Counted from the stretch's first letter, positions 12,435 to 24,908 are shown. The stretch: 64,000 nucleotides of DNA from Oculina patagonica (GCF_052425735.1 NC_135762.1:8928001-8992000), one strand, 5' to 3'. A program made the numbers and translations. The notes: generated from the sequence alone by a model not told the origin.

Positions 12435-13361
12435 ATGGAAGACACGCAAGATACAAGAAGCCTGCCGGCAGTCATCATACACACTGTTATTCTTGCAGCT
12501 ACGACACTTTTGTCACTCACAGGTAACTCGCTTGTTTGTCTTGCTTTCTGCCGAAAAGGGAGACTACGCACAATTACCAATTTCTACGTGTTGTCTCTGG
12601 CAGTTGCTGATATAATGGTGGCCACGTTTGTGTTCCCTTTCCGAACAGTCGCTTCTGGGGTGCGCAGATGGCCTTTCAGTAACACCCTGTGCCATTTCAG
12701 TAGTTTTATTTTAATTCCCTGGACTATGGTTTCACTTTGGACTCTGGCACTCACCTCGATAAACAAATATTTTTGTGTTGTAAAGCCGCAGCGATATTCT
12801 CTTTACTTCACTAAAAAGAAAACTATTCTGTCGATTCTTTCCATTTGGATTTTTCTGCTTCTCATTTCCGTAACGTTTTATTCTGCAACGCCTTCCATCT
12901 ATCGATGGAATCCCAGCAAGTTATTTTGCACAGACAATTATCGTGATCAGACTACTGAAAAGGTCGCTTACATCATCTTTGCATGTTTCATTTTTCTGAC
13001 AATGTTAGTGGTGTTGTTTGGTTATGGCAGGGTGTATCGCGTTGTTAGACAGCACAACAGGGCCATCGTCCCTTCTCTACAACATGCTGCAAACAACCAA
13101 GGAGCAATACGTGCACAAGAGATAAAGGCCTGTCGAGTACTTTTTGCTGCTGTCATTGGATTTTGTATCTCATGGATTCCTTCTATCGCTTTCGCAGTTT
13201 TAGAGTTTGGTTTTGAAATAACTATTCCCATCGTTGCAGAATCAATTCCTGTGTTGTCTACTTCCATCTCTGCGTGGATTAACCCAATAATTTATGGCGT
13301 CATGAACCGAACCATGCGGAAAGAATTTCAAAACATCTTACTTTGTCGGAAAGGAAATTAA
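12435..13361 (+). CDS. Class A GPCR, melatonin-receptor-like, subtype A (A1)
   Basis: Seven hydrophobic segments; GN (TM1), LAVAD (TM2), NKY in place of NRY, SWIP, NPIIY. Confidence 0.95.
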   Translation: MEDTQDTRSLPAVIIHTVILAATTLLSLTGNSLVCLAFCRKGRLRTITNFYVLSLAVADIMVATFVFPFRTVASGVRRWPFSNTLCHFSSFILIPWTMVSLWTLALTSINKYFCVVKPQRYSLYFTKKKTILSILSIWIFLLLISVTFYSATPSIYRWNPSKLFCTDNYRDQTTEKVAYIIFACFIFLTMLVVLFGYGRVYRVVRQHNRAIVPSLQHAANNQGAIRAQEIKACRVLFAAVIGFCISWIPSIAFAVLEFGFEITIPIVAESIPVLSTSISAWINPIIYGVMNRTMRKEFQNILLCRKGN

Positions 13362-13479
13362 GGAAGAAAATTGCCAAACTTTTTTCTTTACTTTTCCATA
13401 GCATATTCTTAGTTTCAGTTTTAAGTTCAATGGTTCATGGTTCACCAGAAATGAACAATTAATGCCTCGTAAACATCTT

Positions 13480-13870
13480 TTAGCAATGCAACTAAAACAG
13501 AACAAGGACATGATAAATAACAGCAGAACAAGGGCTGCCAGTGAGGAAGCACAGAGACAATACGATGAGATGAACCAAGAAGTTCTAAGAGACATCTGGC
13601 GTGAAAAAGGGAAGTACATTGACGAGCGAACTGGCAAAAGAAAAAGAAGCAGCAGCAGAGAAACACAGGATAAAATATTTCTGTGACCTTACCAAGAAGT
13701 TAACAGAAATGAAGAGCTTAGTATCAAAACCCGCCATATATGAATCAGGGAAAAATTCACCAAGCAGAAAGACCAGTCGAGGATCAATATGAGGAAAATA
13801 ATTTAAAGAACTGTGGAATTGGCCAGCACCATATCAGATTCTTTAACAATCCCAAAAGCCCAGTCTATGT
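13480..13870 (+). mobile_element. Degenerate RTE-clade LINE fragment (homologs at about 30545-30915, 8310-8470, 51530-51630)
   Basis: INNSRTRAA..EAQRQYDEMNQEV...KYIDE...DLTKKL resembles the linker between endonuclease and RT in RTE ORFs; frameshifted. Confidence 0.65.
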
Positions 13871-13872
13871 TA

Positions 13873-14148
13873 AGGAAGCAAGCGTGGCCGAGTGGTTTAG
13901 GGCGCTGGTGCTGTAATCCGGTTCAAGACCTGCCCATGCCACTAGCTGAATTTGTTCTCGGTAGTCCCGATTTCAAATCCTCGGTCACGCTTTGTATATA
14001 GCCAACTGGTCTGCCTTCTGCCAGTTGGGATTTTTAACCATGTTATGTTCATTTAAAATATTTGTTTTCTCTGTTTCAGTGGCATGCTTGTAAACTAGCT
14101 ATCTCGAAGCTAAGTGCATGGCCACTATAAACAACATTTACATTTATT
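13873..14148 (+). mobile_element. tRNA-derived SINE
   Basis: A-box TGGCCGAGTGG, B-box-like GGTTCAAGACC, body CTCGGTAGTCCCGA..AGCCAACTGG..GCCAGTTGGG as seen in cnidarian SINE2 families, ACATTT tail; interrupts a flank that is contiguous at about 8468. Confidence 0.8.
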
Positions 14149-14387
14149 TTATGTTGGACGATAACGTCTCTTACAAGGCTGGACATCATAGGATACCAAT
14201 ACGTTGAGAAAGTTTTTTGCATACACTATCTTCATGCCGCGAAAAAGTTAAGTCCTGATCAATTTCTAGCCCTAATAATTTAGCACTACAGACATTGGTT
14301 AGCTAAGTGCTCCTGATAAACTTCTGGTACAAAATCGATCTTGCTCGAAAGACGCTTTCCCGTGACAACCAAAACCTTAGTTTTCTT

Positions 14388-14730
14388 TTAATTAAGCGGT
14401 AACCTGTTTGCTGACGCCCAGCTAACCACCTCCGACACAGCCATATTTAGTGAGTCCTGCAGCTTTGACATCTTTCGAAAATCTGCGTACGAAGTAATTG
14501 TCGTATCGTCCGCATACAAATCAATATTGGATGAACGAACATGCAAGGGCAAGTCGTTTATGAAGACAATAAACAAAAAAGGGCCTAATATGCTGCCTTG
14601 GGGGACTCCATGCCTCACAGTTGCTATGTCAGACATTGTCCCTGCCAGTGACACCAGTTGAAGCCGATCGGATAGATAGGACTTGAACCACGCTAGCGTC
14701 GCTAGCGACGACCCATCAACACCAAATGTC
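14388..14730 (-). mobile_element. CR1/L2-type LINE reverse transcriptase fragment
   Basis: WFKSYLSDR, GVPQGSILGP, FINDLP and LYADDT motifs. Confidence 0.92.
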
Positions 14731-17228
14731 AAATGCTTTACAATAATCAACAAGAACTAAACCACAAGCTTTATAGACCAGGGCCACAAGCGTGTTTCTT
14801 GTATTGGGACTATAGGAGTGGCATTGGGTTCACAGGAGTTGGTCATGAACTTGGATCAATGTTTTGAATTCGTCCCCGGCAGAAGTATGTTTTCGATTAT
14901 TTTAGGAATATTCGTCTATAACTATTTACTTTGGCTTGCGGTCCCCTAAGATCTGCAAGTACCTTAGAAGGAGGTTTTTTTTCTTCATAACGCAAGTGAT
15001 TACATTTAAAAGTTAAGTAAATTTCAGTAAAATATTTTATCCGGCTCTTTTTCTTTCATTTTGACAATTTGGTATATAGGCTACCAGTCTAAATCAATCT
15101 GCATTTTGCATTACGCCACTGACTTTCAGATCCTTTTGGTAAGAACCACTCAGAAAAAGCACTTTGAGGCTGAGAAAGGCTAATTGATTCTTGGACATCC
15201 AAAGAGCATACCCAAAGTTGATACGAACTTTATTTTTTCCTATCTATTGTCAACTGAAGACAAATATTTGTACTAAAAGAATCAATCTTTATTCATATCC
15301 AACCTGGAACCAACATTGTCAACACCTGTCAGTGACGAAAAGTCCAAGCTAATTTCAGGTACTGCAGTACCACTTCGTTTTTAAAATTTAGAAAAGAAGA
15401 ACATCGTAATAAGAACATTTTCAGCATCAATTTGTCAAAACATTAAGAATGTTCAGCCCCGGCAGAAAATGAGACGATTTTATATAATTAAAAAGAGCTT
15501 TTACAAGTTATAGATCAGATTTGTTTCGCTTGTCTTGGGATCGTTTCCATTTGCTTTAGCAAAATAGAAAAAAAAATTGAAGTAAAAGAGGCATGAAATG
15601 TGCAACAGTGTGAACAAATAATGTCAGATCTTGTCAATATCCCCACAAAATAGCAAAAACCAATTAGTAGGAGATCCTTTTCAGTTTTAATTAATTTTCC
15701 ATTACCTTGTTTTTCATTTTAGTGCCAGCGTAGCGGTATAAGGCTTTGACGTGCAAATCAAAGTCATTTTCATTTGAATGGTTTCGCAAAGAAGACTCGT
15801 TTAAAAATCAGGCAAAGGTTAGCTCGGAAATAGCCTATTTCGATTCCATTAAAAAAGTTCTCTCATTTTCTATTATTTTGGTAATTTGGTATATCACCCA
15901 CCATCTTGGACGCACGCTGCATCTTGGAGAACAGCCACCGGTTTTCTATCCATAGACACCTCGTTCAAGCTCGCAGTCTCAGGCTAATTATACATATTAT
16001 CTTCAGTACAAAAATCAATTTGTTGGGGGCATAGTGCTACCCTTTCTTTACAGCTTGTAATTTCCGAACTCCTTGCCCTTTTTGTTTGCACCCGAGCATA
16101 CAATAGTGGTATTCGCCTCATATAACTATATAAATGAAGTTTTTACTGACAAATTGTCAGATACATTGATTTATTATTATTATCGTTATTGGCAAAAATT
16201 GATCACGTGCCCCAGTATGCATATTTTTTCATCGAATAATGTAGATTTCCCTCCGAGGGAAGTATTTGGCATATGTGTCGACAAAAGACAATTTTGCGAA
16301 ATGAGATCACGGCAAAACAACACATGGACGTTAAGCGGTGCAATCTAGCCGTATGGGAGACCGTTTAATGCAAAATTCTAAATCCAAGCATGGCGCCACA
16401 CTGTTAAAAATTCGTGTCCTTTTTCAATTTTGAGGCATGCCGGTACGAAACTTTAGTAGTGAACAATGAAGGTAATTGACTGTTTACGTCTCGGGATCTG
16501 TGCATAGTTGCCCTTAGAAATTATGATTTAAAAAAAATAGCATTCATGCCCTTGAACTTCGTTCTCGGACTTATATAAGTTTTCTCAGAAAATGTATATA
16601 TAATTTTGTTTTCTAGTAGCTAGAAAATAAAATCATCAATCCACAGCCTTCGACAGAAGCCCTGTACTGTATTGTTTTCGGTAATAAGCTTTCTGCCGTT
16701 GAAATTATTAAAAAAACAAACTAAGTCTTCCTAAGGAACATATATATATGCCTCAAAAGTCGACCTTCCTTCGAGAGCATGTCAAACGCGGACTTATAAT
16801 CGCGCTGGGTAAAAATATTAATTTCACAATGGGAATAGAAGGAAACGAGTGGTCATGCACCTCCTATGAGCATTGGTAAGCTTAAACAAAAGCCTTTAAC
16901 TATTAACGAATTCAATTGAGAATAAACACACCTTATTTTCACATTGCATACAGCTTTCAAGGCATAGTGTTTTTCTTTAAGCGAAATGACAAAGAAGATT
17001 ATTTCCGTTTTGACAGTAATTATGGTTTTCTAGAAGATACATTAACGCTTGTTTTAATGGGTTTCTGGCGGGATACGGCAGGTGTTCCAAAAAGTCATAT
17101 GTATAAACGATCACACTCATTTCGCGTTTGAGTAGAAAGAACTTACGGCTGCCGTGATTCCAAAATAGGTCTTCACAGATTTAAATTCGTTCACCTTTCT
17201 TGGTGTAAAACTTTTTTTTGTAGCAGCA

Positions 17229-18149
17229 ATGGAATACACACAAGACACAAGAAGTCTGCCGGCAGTCGTCATACACACCGTTATTCTTGCTGTTACGACA
17301 ATTTTGGCACTCATAGGAAACTCACTCGTATGTCTCGCTTTCTACAGAAACAGACGATTACGCACTGTTACCAATCTCTACGTAATGTCTTTGGCAGTAG
17401 CTGATATGATGGTGGCTATGTTTTTATTCCCGTTTGGTGCAGTCGCTTCTGGATTGCGCAGATGGCCATTTAGTTTCAACTTCTGCCATTTCACCGGCTT
17501 CCTTGCAGTTTACTGGGGGCAGGTATCAACTTGGACCCTGGCACTTACTGCGATTAATCGATATTTTTGCGTTGTAAAGCCACTAAGGTATTCTGTGTTC
17601 TTCACCAGAAAGAAAACCATATTATCCATTGTTGTCATGTGGATTTATTTACTTGTCCAGTCACTGAGTCTTTATGCAGTGCCAGTTATATATCGGTGGA
17701 TCCCTGATAACGTATACTGCAGGCCATCGTTCCTCGATGAACAAGTGGAGAAGATATTTTTTGTCTTCTGTGGATGTTTCTTTATCGTTCCCATGTCGTT
17801 GGTATTACTGGGTTACAGTAAGGTTTATTGGGTTGTCAAGCAACACAACACCGCAATTTTCCCCTCTCTACAAGGAGCAAACGACCAAGAAGGAACGATC
17901 AGTGCTCAAGAGATAAAGACATCACGAGTACTTTTTGCAACCGTATTTGGATATTGTGTCTGCTGGATTCCTTTTATCGTTATATTAATTTTAGAATATG
18001 GGACACAGGTATATATTCCTTCCTATGCAAAGTCGATTTACCCGTTATTCGCTGCTATCTCTTCGTGGATTAATCCAATGATTTACGGATTTATGAATCG
18101 ATCCATGCGTAGAGAATTTCGAAACACACTATTCTGCAGAAAAGATTAA
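17229..18149 (+). CDS. Class A GPCR, melatonin-receptor-like, subtype B (B1)
   Basis: 7TM; YRNRRLR, LAVAD, NRY, CWIP, NPMIY. Confidence 0.95.
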   Translation: MEYTQDTRSLPAVVIHTVILAVTTILALIGNSLVCLAFYRNRRLRTVTNLYVMSLAVADMMVAMFLFPFGAVASGLRRWPFSFNFCHFTGFLAVYWGQVSTWTLALTAINRYFCVVKPLRYSVFFTRKKTILSIVVMWIYLLVQSLSLYAVPVIYRWIPDNVYCRPSFLDEQVEKIFFVFCGCFFIVPMSLVLLGYSKVYWVVKQHNTAIFPSLQGANDQEGTISAQEIKTSRVLFATVFGYCVCWIPFIVILILEYGTQVYIPSYAKSIYPLFAAISSWINPMIYGFMNRSMRREFRNTLFCRKD

Positions 18150-18858
18150 TCACATACTCCACATACTCATTCATATTGTTTATTTAAACACGATAAGGGT
18201 TTTAAGCACAATGCGTGTCACAATGCTTGTGGGGCCGTGTACTGTACAGCGTGTGCTAGAATACCAAACGATCTGAATCTCGCACATTATTATTGAAAAG
18301 CCGTTTGATCTTTCTGCGTTTGTATTTATTATGCAAAACCCAGAAAACAGGCCTTAAATGATATGAAAGCATTATTTAGTGCCTGCAGCTGTCTCTAATG
18401 TTTTTTATACACAAACATGCACAATAAATAATAATTTTTGCACGTTTTCTATTTGGTTAAGAAAAGCAAATTTCGTGAAAGGTGAATTGTAAGTGGAACG
18501 TTTGAAATTGAGAGTGAAAACTAGTAAAATTAAAAGCAATAGGCAGGTGGTAACAGTCAACATTTCAGAGTAATGGATGCTTTAAGCTAACAATAATTTG
18601 CACCTAGCCTCGACAACTTACTTAATATCTTTTAGAAAAAAAGCCAGTGTATAAATTACAGTTGGTTATCTACTTCAAATTTACCTCGACTTTCAAATCG
18701 AATGACCGAAACTTCTGATTTAGCTTTAGGTTTTACGTTTTGTGCAGATTCCAAGTTTCTTCAAGCAGTCACGAAAACTTGTGGGACTGAAATCGTACCA
18801 CACTAAAAATAATGACAAAATGGATTTTGTCAAAGATTTTTCCAAAGAATGGGAAGAT

Positions 18859-19069
18859 NNNNNNNNNNNNNNNNNNNNNNNNNNNNNNNNNNNNNNNNNN
18901 NNNNNNNNNNNNNNNNNNNNNNNNNNNNNNNNNNNNNNNNNNNNNNNNNNNNNNNNNNNNNNNNNNNNNNNNNNNNNNNNNNNNNNNNNNNNNNNNNNNN
19001 NNNNNNNNNNNNNNNNNNNNNNNNNNNNNNNNNNNNNNNNNNNNNNNNNNNNNNNNNNNNNNNNNNNNN
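18859..19069. other. N-run (211 nt); homologous N-runs at 37280-37443 (164 nt) and 58544-58687 (144 nt)
   Basis: Seen directly; flanks GGGAAGAT(CTG) and ATGGGTACTG in all three copies. Confidence 0.99.
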
Positions 19070-20611
19070 ATGGGTACTGTATGCCTTTGTCAGCCTCAAG
19101 GCTACAAGATCAATCCTTTTAAGATTATTATTGATCAAAAGCAAAACCACAGTTTAGTAACATTATCAGTATCGACAGTTCGGCCTTCCTTCTGAAATTA
19201 TTGTGTTAAGATTTTATTGCGTTAAGATTTTATGAGCTCCGTAGAATATTCTTTGAAAAGGTGATAACAATTTGACTTCGGAACTCCCTTCTAATAAGTT
19301 TATTTACCACAATACAAGTAGGTAGGTTTCTACCGTCTCTCTGGCGCGTCTTCCTAAAATAATTGGTGCCTACTGTTATGTTGCTTAAACTAAAGTCTCG
19401 TCTACTCTACATAGATATCAATTTAATAACATATTTGCAAATTGAAAGATTTTTAACAAAAAGCCCTTTTTAATAAAAAGTCATTTAGTTTTTTTTAATA
19501 ATTTTACTGCAACCAACGAAGAAAAGAAACAGCTACTCACAATGTTATAACTTACAACAAGTCACATAGATACTCTTCACCAAAAATAAAACAGTTTTGT
19601 CGCTAATTGTCGTGTGGATATTTTAATTTAGGAAAATAATTTACAACCTGGTATGTTTTTCCATCGTGTCCTTATACTTTGCCTGCCTACTTGCTTGGTT
19701 GCCAACTCGTTTACAAATATACATGCAAAGGTATCTGGTCACACTCAAATGGTATTTTCATGTACTATACTCTATACCCGCGGCCTTTTAAGTCACTAAG
19801 ATCTAATGAGCACGTTTGGGATGATACGCGCGTGGAGGCAAAGCTTCGAAAACAATTTGAAGAGTAAAGCGAGCAGGGAGGCGCTCACTGAATCGTTCTC
19901 GCGAAGAAGCTGCCTGAGCATGCTAGCTCCCAAACCTGAGCCAGTTCACATGGTAGGGAAAACTGGCCTGTCAAAACCCTGTTACAGAGAAAAGGGCGAA
20001 AACAACGCTATGTCGATGAGCGCCGGGGTAAAAAGAAGGTTTGCATTCGACAATCTGTTTACGGGTTGAGCGACAAATATTTGTTATACAGGCATGGGAT
20101 GATAAGGGGGAAAGCCTTTCTGCAGACTTTTCATCAAAGGTATGCATGCCAAGCTGTTTCGTAGCCATTTTAAAAAAAATATATTTTATGTCAGTTGCAC
20201 AAAGACAAAGAGTTTTTCACAAGCGGTAGCGTAACTCCTCATTTCCGTTTTCCAAGTAGATAAAAATGACGTACAGTCAACTTCGGTTATATTTCGTGTC
20301 CTCAATAGTAAGAGCCTGTAAAATTATGAGTTGTCTTCTGTTACTGTTCTTATCAAATTTTACTGGAACTTCGACGACGAGTGTATGTACGTAATAGCGA
20401 GCTATGCACGCACAAAGCAAAAGGTGACTATTCATGGACTTTTTATTTTTCTTTGGCTTTTATCTTTTTTCCTTAACTGAAGTCTCTTCCTAGGATTTCA
20501 ACATCAACACATCTTAAATGTTCTCACAGAACACCAACTATAAAGCAAAAACTAAAAGACACCTTGGTTATGACCAGTTGCAAAAGTTACTCGACCACAT
20601 TTTTCCATGGT

Positions 20612-21020
20612 CGTTATGTCCGCTGGCATAGAAGGCACCAACGAAGGACTTTCACTCCTGTCTGTTCTGTGCCACCTTCTGGATGATATACCAGTTGTGG
20701 TTTAGGGTCCTCCTCGCTCCGCCTACTGTCCGGCGTCAGGTGTTCTTCGGTCTGTCTCTCTTTCGCTTGCCTTCTGGTGTCCAGTGTAGGGCTGTGCGGG
20801 TGATGTTGCCAGGTTCCTTTCTGAACACTTACCCTATCCACCACCAGCTCCTTATCATGATGATGGTGTCCATGCTGTCTTGGTGGCAACAAGCACGCAG
20901 TTGACCCGTCCGGCATGCGTGGTCCTACCAGGAGCTAAGCTCCCGCCCCTTAGCTCTCCGGATCACTGAGGCACGCAAGCCCCTTGACCACGGCAAGACT
21001 GTGATCCTTAGGAAGGGGAA
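20612..21020 (-). mobile_element. Short RTE-related non-autonomous retroelement (copies at about 41287-41695 and 60218-60625)
   Basis: Minus strand encodes ALHWTPEGKRKRDRPKNT..RTV...AQNRQE, the typical RTE C-terminus, preceded by a GC-rich 5' part. Confidence 0.75.
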
Positions 21021-22012
21021 AACCCTCGTTGTCATTTTAAAAAATAAATCAGCCACACTTTTCCCTGGTCTGCATTCTTAAAGACCATGGAAATGACTCC
21101 ATAAAATGTCCAAAACTTTGTTGTAAAATCAGTCGCTTCTCCCGTAGTTCCACTTGAATTTTGGACATTTTATTACGCCATTTATATGGTCAGTAAGAAT
21201 GTATACCATAAAAAATGTAGTCGACTTTTTTACAATAATGCTGAAAGTGTTCGTGAGTTTGCGAGTCGCCCGCGCGTGTGGAACTGAAATTAACTATATA
21301 AATTAAATACTTTTTTGCAAGATTCAATTGCTTTATACTTTTTTCAGTCACTTAATTGTCCCACTCTGGGATTCCAGCTTTAGGCTGCCTCACTGGACAA
21401 TTCTCCAGTACAATAACTATTTATGCATCTGGGTTTAAAGATAAGCTGTGGGAATAAAGAGCGTTACACAGAAAAAACATCAACGATCAACTCCGGCCGC
21501 AAAGCACTACCAAGCGCAAATAAGAAACCCATACCTTATATATTGATTCAGGGTACTAAAATGCACGTTACATCAAAGCTTATATATACTAAGAATAAAC
21601 TGCACTGTCGCTAAAAATGGACTAGGTAATTAATTATAACCAAAACAACCTGCTTGCCTCAAACTCCCGTCTTCCTTCGGTCTTCCTGTCATTAAAGTTT
21701 TCCATGGCTCCCCTTAGTTTTTTTGGCAGAAAAACTTGTCTACGGGCTTTTAAAACAAAGTTTTGGTTTTAATGGGTTCCACTTATGGAACAATCCGCCC
21801 CAAGAATTGAGAAATGCTGGCTCTAAAGGAAAGTTTCAATATACGAAACATTAACCACATCTTTGACATATCTCAAATAATGCAAGTTTTTTTGTGTTTT
21901 TATGACAGCATAATACATGCATTTGCTTCCTTATTTGTTCATCGTTCAACTTACAAAAGAAAGCTTGAAACTGTTGGATTTATATAGCTGCAAAGACTGG
22001 AAGGTTTACATT

Positions 22013-22927
22013 TTAATCCTTCTTACAAAACAATATGTTTCTAAACTCCTTCCGCATGGCTCGATTCATGACTCCATAAATTATAGGATTAATCCACGCT
22101 GAGGTAGAACAGAACAACGGATAAATCGATTGTGCAGAAGAAGGAATAGATACTTGAAAACCAAATTCTAATATAGCTAAGACGATAAAAGGCATCCAGC
22201 AAATAAAAAATCCAACAACAGCAGCAAAAAGGATTCGAGAGGATTTTATCTCTTGTGAAATAATTATCCCGCGGCCGTTTGCTTCTCGTAGAGTTGGGGC
22301 GACAGCGATGTTGTGCCGTTTGACAACACGATGGATGCTACCATAACAAAATACCACCAGTGACAAGGGAACGATGTAAAAACTTGCAAAGAAGAGATAG
22401 GAAATCCTCTCTGAGCGTTCATCGGGAAATGTTGCTCTGCAGTATAAGTTGTCAGGAATCCAGCGATAAATGATAGGTGTGGCAAAAATATATATCAGTG
22501 TCTGTACAGCCGAGAAAATCCATACAGCAAGAATTGAACGAACAGTCTTCCTTTTAGTGAAGAACATTAAGTATTTATGTGGTTTCACGACACAAAAATA
22601 CCGATTAATCGATGCAAGTGCCAGAATGCAAACTGACACATGAACCCAGTACTGCACAACAAATCCAGAAAATTGACAAAGTTTGTAATCAAATGGCCAT
22701 TTTCGCAACCCAGAAGCGATTACTTGGAAAGGAAAACTAAAATTCGCCATCACCATGTCAGCAACTGCTAGAGACAACACGTAGAAATTGGTAATAATCC
22801 GTAGTCTCCTGTTTCGGTAGATAGCGAGGAAAATGAACGTGTTTCCTGCGAGTGACAAAATAGTCGCTTGACTGAGAATAACAGTGTGTATAACGACCTC
22901 CGCCAGGCTTCTGGTGTCTTCTTCCAT
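22013..22927 (-). CDS. Class A GPCR, melatonin-receptor-like, subtype C (C1)
   Basis: 7TM; NRY, CWMP, NPIIY. Confidence 0.95.
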   Translation of the reverse strand: MEEDTRSLAEVVIHTVILSQATILSLAGNTFIFLAIYRNRRLRIITNFYVLSLAVADMVMANFSFPFQVIASGLRKWPFDYKLCQFSGFVVQYWVHVSVCILALASINRYFCVVKPHKYLMFFTKRKTVRSILAVWIFSAVQTLIYIFATPIIYRWIPDNLYCRATFPDERSERISYLFFASFYIVPLSLVVFCYGSIHRVVKRHNIAVAPTLREANGRGIIISQEIKSSRILFAAVVGFFICWMPFIVLAILEFGFQVSIPSSAQSIYPLFCSTSAWINPIIYGVMNRAMRKEFRNILFCKKD

Positions 22928-23981
22928 TTCTCCCTGTATAAAGGAAACTTGGCAATAACGAGAGAAATGTTTTAACCAATTTTTTCAGCTAACTTGGAAT
23001 ATTTTCTGCAAAGTGACTATTTAGTACGTGCAGCTAATGTAAACTATTCTACACCTGCCATATACTCGTTGACAGCTAAACTCCGATTAAAAAAGGCATA
23101 ATGGTTATATTCTCTTTTCTATTTAATCAAATGGCAACAAACACTCTTGAGCATTCTTTCTCCCTAAGCAAGCTGCATTTTAAATAGGTTGTTATGTAAA
23201 GGTTAAAAAAACCTTAAAGGAAGATATTTTAACATCAACTTCCTGCTAAGAAACACTCGACAACGTGGGCTCGAATCAAGAAGTATAAGCCTATTGTAGG
23301 CTAGAAGACAGATTTTCCCTGACTATCATAATATTACAGTGATCCTAGTGTAAAAATAATACAGTGATTCTCGTGTTAGTTGAAAAATTTAGAGGGAAAT
23401 TTTGGTTGCACCGACAATCGTAAAAAATTAGTAATAGTAAATGAACTGAGTGGAATGCGATACAGGGAGCAATCCGGAGAGGAAGTTGCAATTAGGAGGA
23501 CGATAGCTATCTAAATTGTAAGATGCGTCTGATTATTAATTAGTCGCATGAATAACAAACTTCGCGATTTGAAGTCTGAGATCCTCTCTAAGTGAAAAAT
23601 CATTGGTATATTCGATCTGTTTTACAAACAGTAGGGAAACAACACGCAGTGCACGTAATTCACGGGCAAATAGCGTAGGTGTCCAAAACAGGTATCCAAT
23701 TACAGATTGTTGTAGTCTGGCAGCTGTAACTGAACACCCACGTGATCCGCGCCAATTATGCGACAAATCGATGGATGGCGCTGAGAACCAATCAAAACCA
23801 AGAATTTTGGTAAAGATACGATTAATAACTGGTTATAGGACCTGGGCTCCTGACTGAGTGGAGTCCAACTCGGTCTGTAATCATACAAGTGATTAACAAT
23901 CAATCCGATTTATTAATCACGAGACAGGACCAAACTGAAACTGACGATGTCATTTAGGCGAGCTTTGACTGTACAGATCTT

Positions 23982-24908
23982 CTAATGTTTTTTGCAGAAC
24001 AGAATGTTTCCAAACTCCTTCCGCATGGCTCTGTTCATAACACCATAAATTATCGGGTTCATCCACGAAGACACAATAGATAACAATGGGTAAATCGGTT
24101 GTGAAGACAAGGGAATGACTATCTGAAAACCAAATTCCAAAATCAATATAACTATAAAAGGAGTCCAACAGACAAAAAACCCAAACGCAGCAGCAAAAAG
24201 TACCCGAGATGTCTTTATCTCCTGTGCTCTTACTCCTGGCCTGTTTGTAGCTGCTGCACTTTGCAGAGAAGGAACGACAGCATTGTTGTGTTGCCTGACA
24301 GTATAATAGACCATGCTATAACAAAATACCACTATTGACATGGGAAAGATGGAAAAACATCCCACCAAGGTGTAGAATTCCTTTTCTTTGCCTCTGTTTG
24401 GAAACGTTGCTCGGCAGTATAAGTTGTATGGATTCCACACATATACAACTGGCGTTACAAACGTATTTGTTAGGGTTAGGACAATCGCACACAGCCATAC
24501 GACAAGAATAGACAACACTGTGTTCATTCTGGTAAAGAACATTAAGTATTTCTGTTGTTTTACAAAGCAAAAATACCGATTAATCGACACGAGTGCCAAA
24601 ATGCAAAGAGAAACCTGAACCCAGAGCTCGACAACGAAACCAGCGAATTGGCAAAAGTTGCTACCAAATGGCCACTTGCGCAGACCAGACGCGATCGCAT
24701 GAAAAGGAAAACAAAAAATTCCCATTATGATATCAGCTACTGCGAGAGACATTACGTACAAACTGGTGATAGTGCGAAGTCGTGTATTTCTGTAAAAAGC
24801 GAGGCAAACGAACGAGTTTCCTGTGAGTGTTAAAATTGTCGTAGCAGCGAGAATGACTGTGTGTAGGATGATCGTTGTCAAGCTTCGTGCATCCTCAGTT
24901 TTTTCCAT
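23982..24908 (-). CDS. Class A GPCR, melatonin-receptor-like, subtype D (D1)
   Basis: 7TM; NRY, CWTP, NPIIY. Confidence 0.95.
   Translation of the reverse strand: MEKTEDARSLTTIILHTVILAATTILTLTGNSFVCLAFYRNTRLRTITSLYVMSLAVADIIMGIFCFPFHAIASGLRKWPFGSNFCQFAGFVVELWVQVSLCILALVSINRYFCFVKQQKYLMFFTRMNTVLSILVVWLCAIVLTLTNTFVTPVVYVWNPYNLYCRATFPNRGKEKEFYTLVGCFSIFPMSIVVFCYSMVYYTVRQHNNAVVPSLQSAAATNRPGVRAQEIKTSRVLFAAAFGFFVCWTPFIVILILEFGFQIVIPLSSQPIYPLLSIVSSWMNPIIYGVMNRAMRKEFGNILFCKKH

Larger units (their letters stand above)
6900..15750 (+). repeat. Short (about 2-4 kb) tandem duplications of A-type receptor flanks
   Basis: Block GATCAGATGCGTTTCGCT...GCCAAATCTTGTCAATATCCC recurs near 6940, 10020, 11706, 15515 (also 31130, 51855). 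Block CACAAGGG..TTCTTGTATTGGG...GTACTGCAGTACCACTTCG recurs near 9266, 11000, 14784. Confidence 0.85.

Noticed and set aside
17674-18073. Alternative-frame and antisense ORFs overlapping the GPCRs, recurring in each copy
   Set aside because: They are shadows of the receptor ORFs, and recent duplication explains their recurrence.
20614-20916. 100-aa His-rich ORF repeated three times
   Set aside because: It is an alternative frame of an RTE-derived retroelement copied with the segmental duplication.
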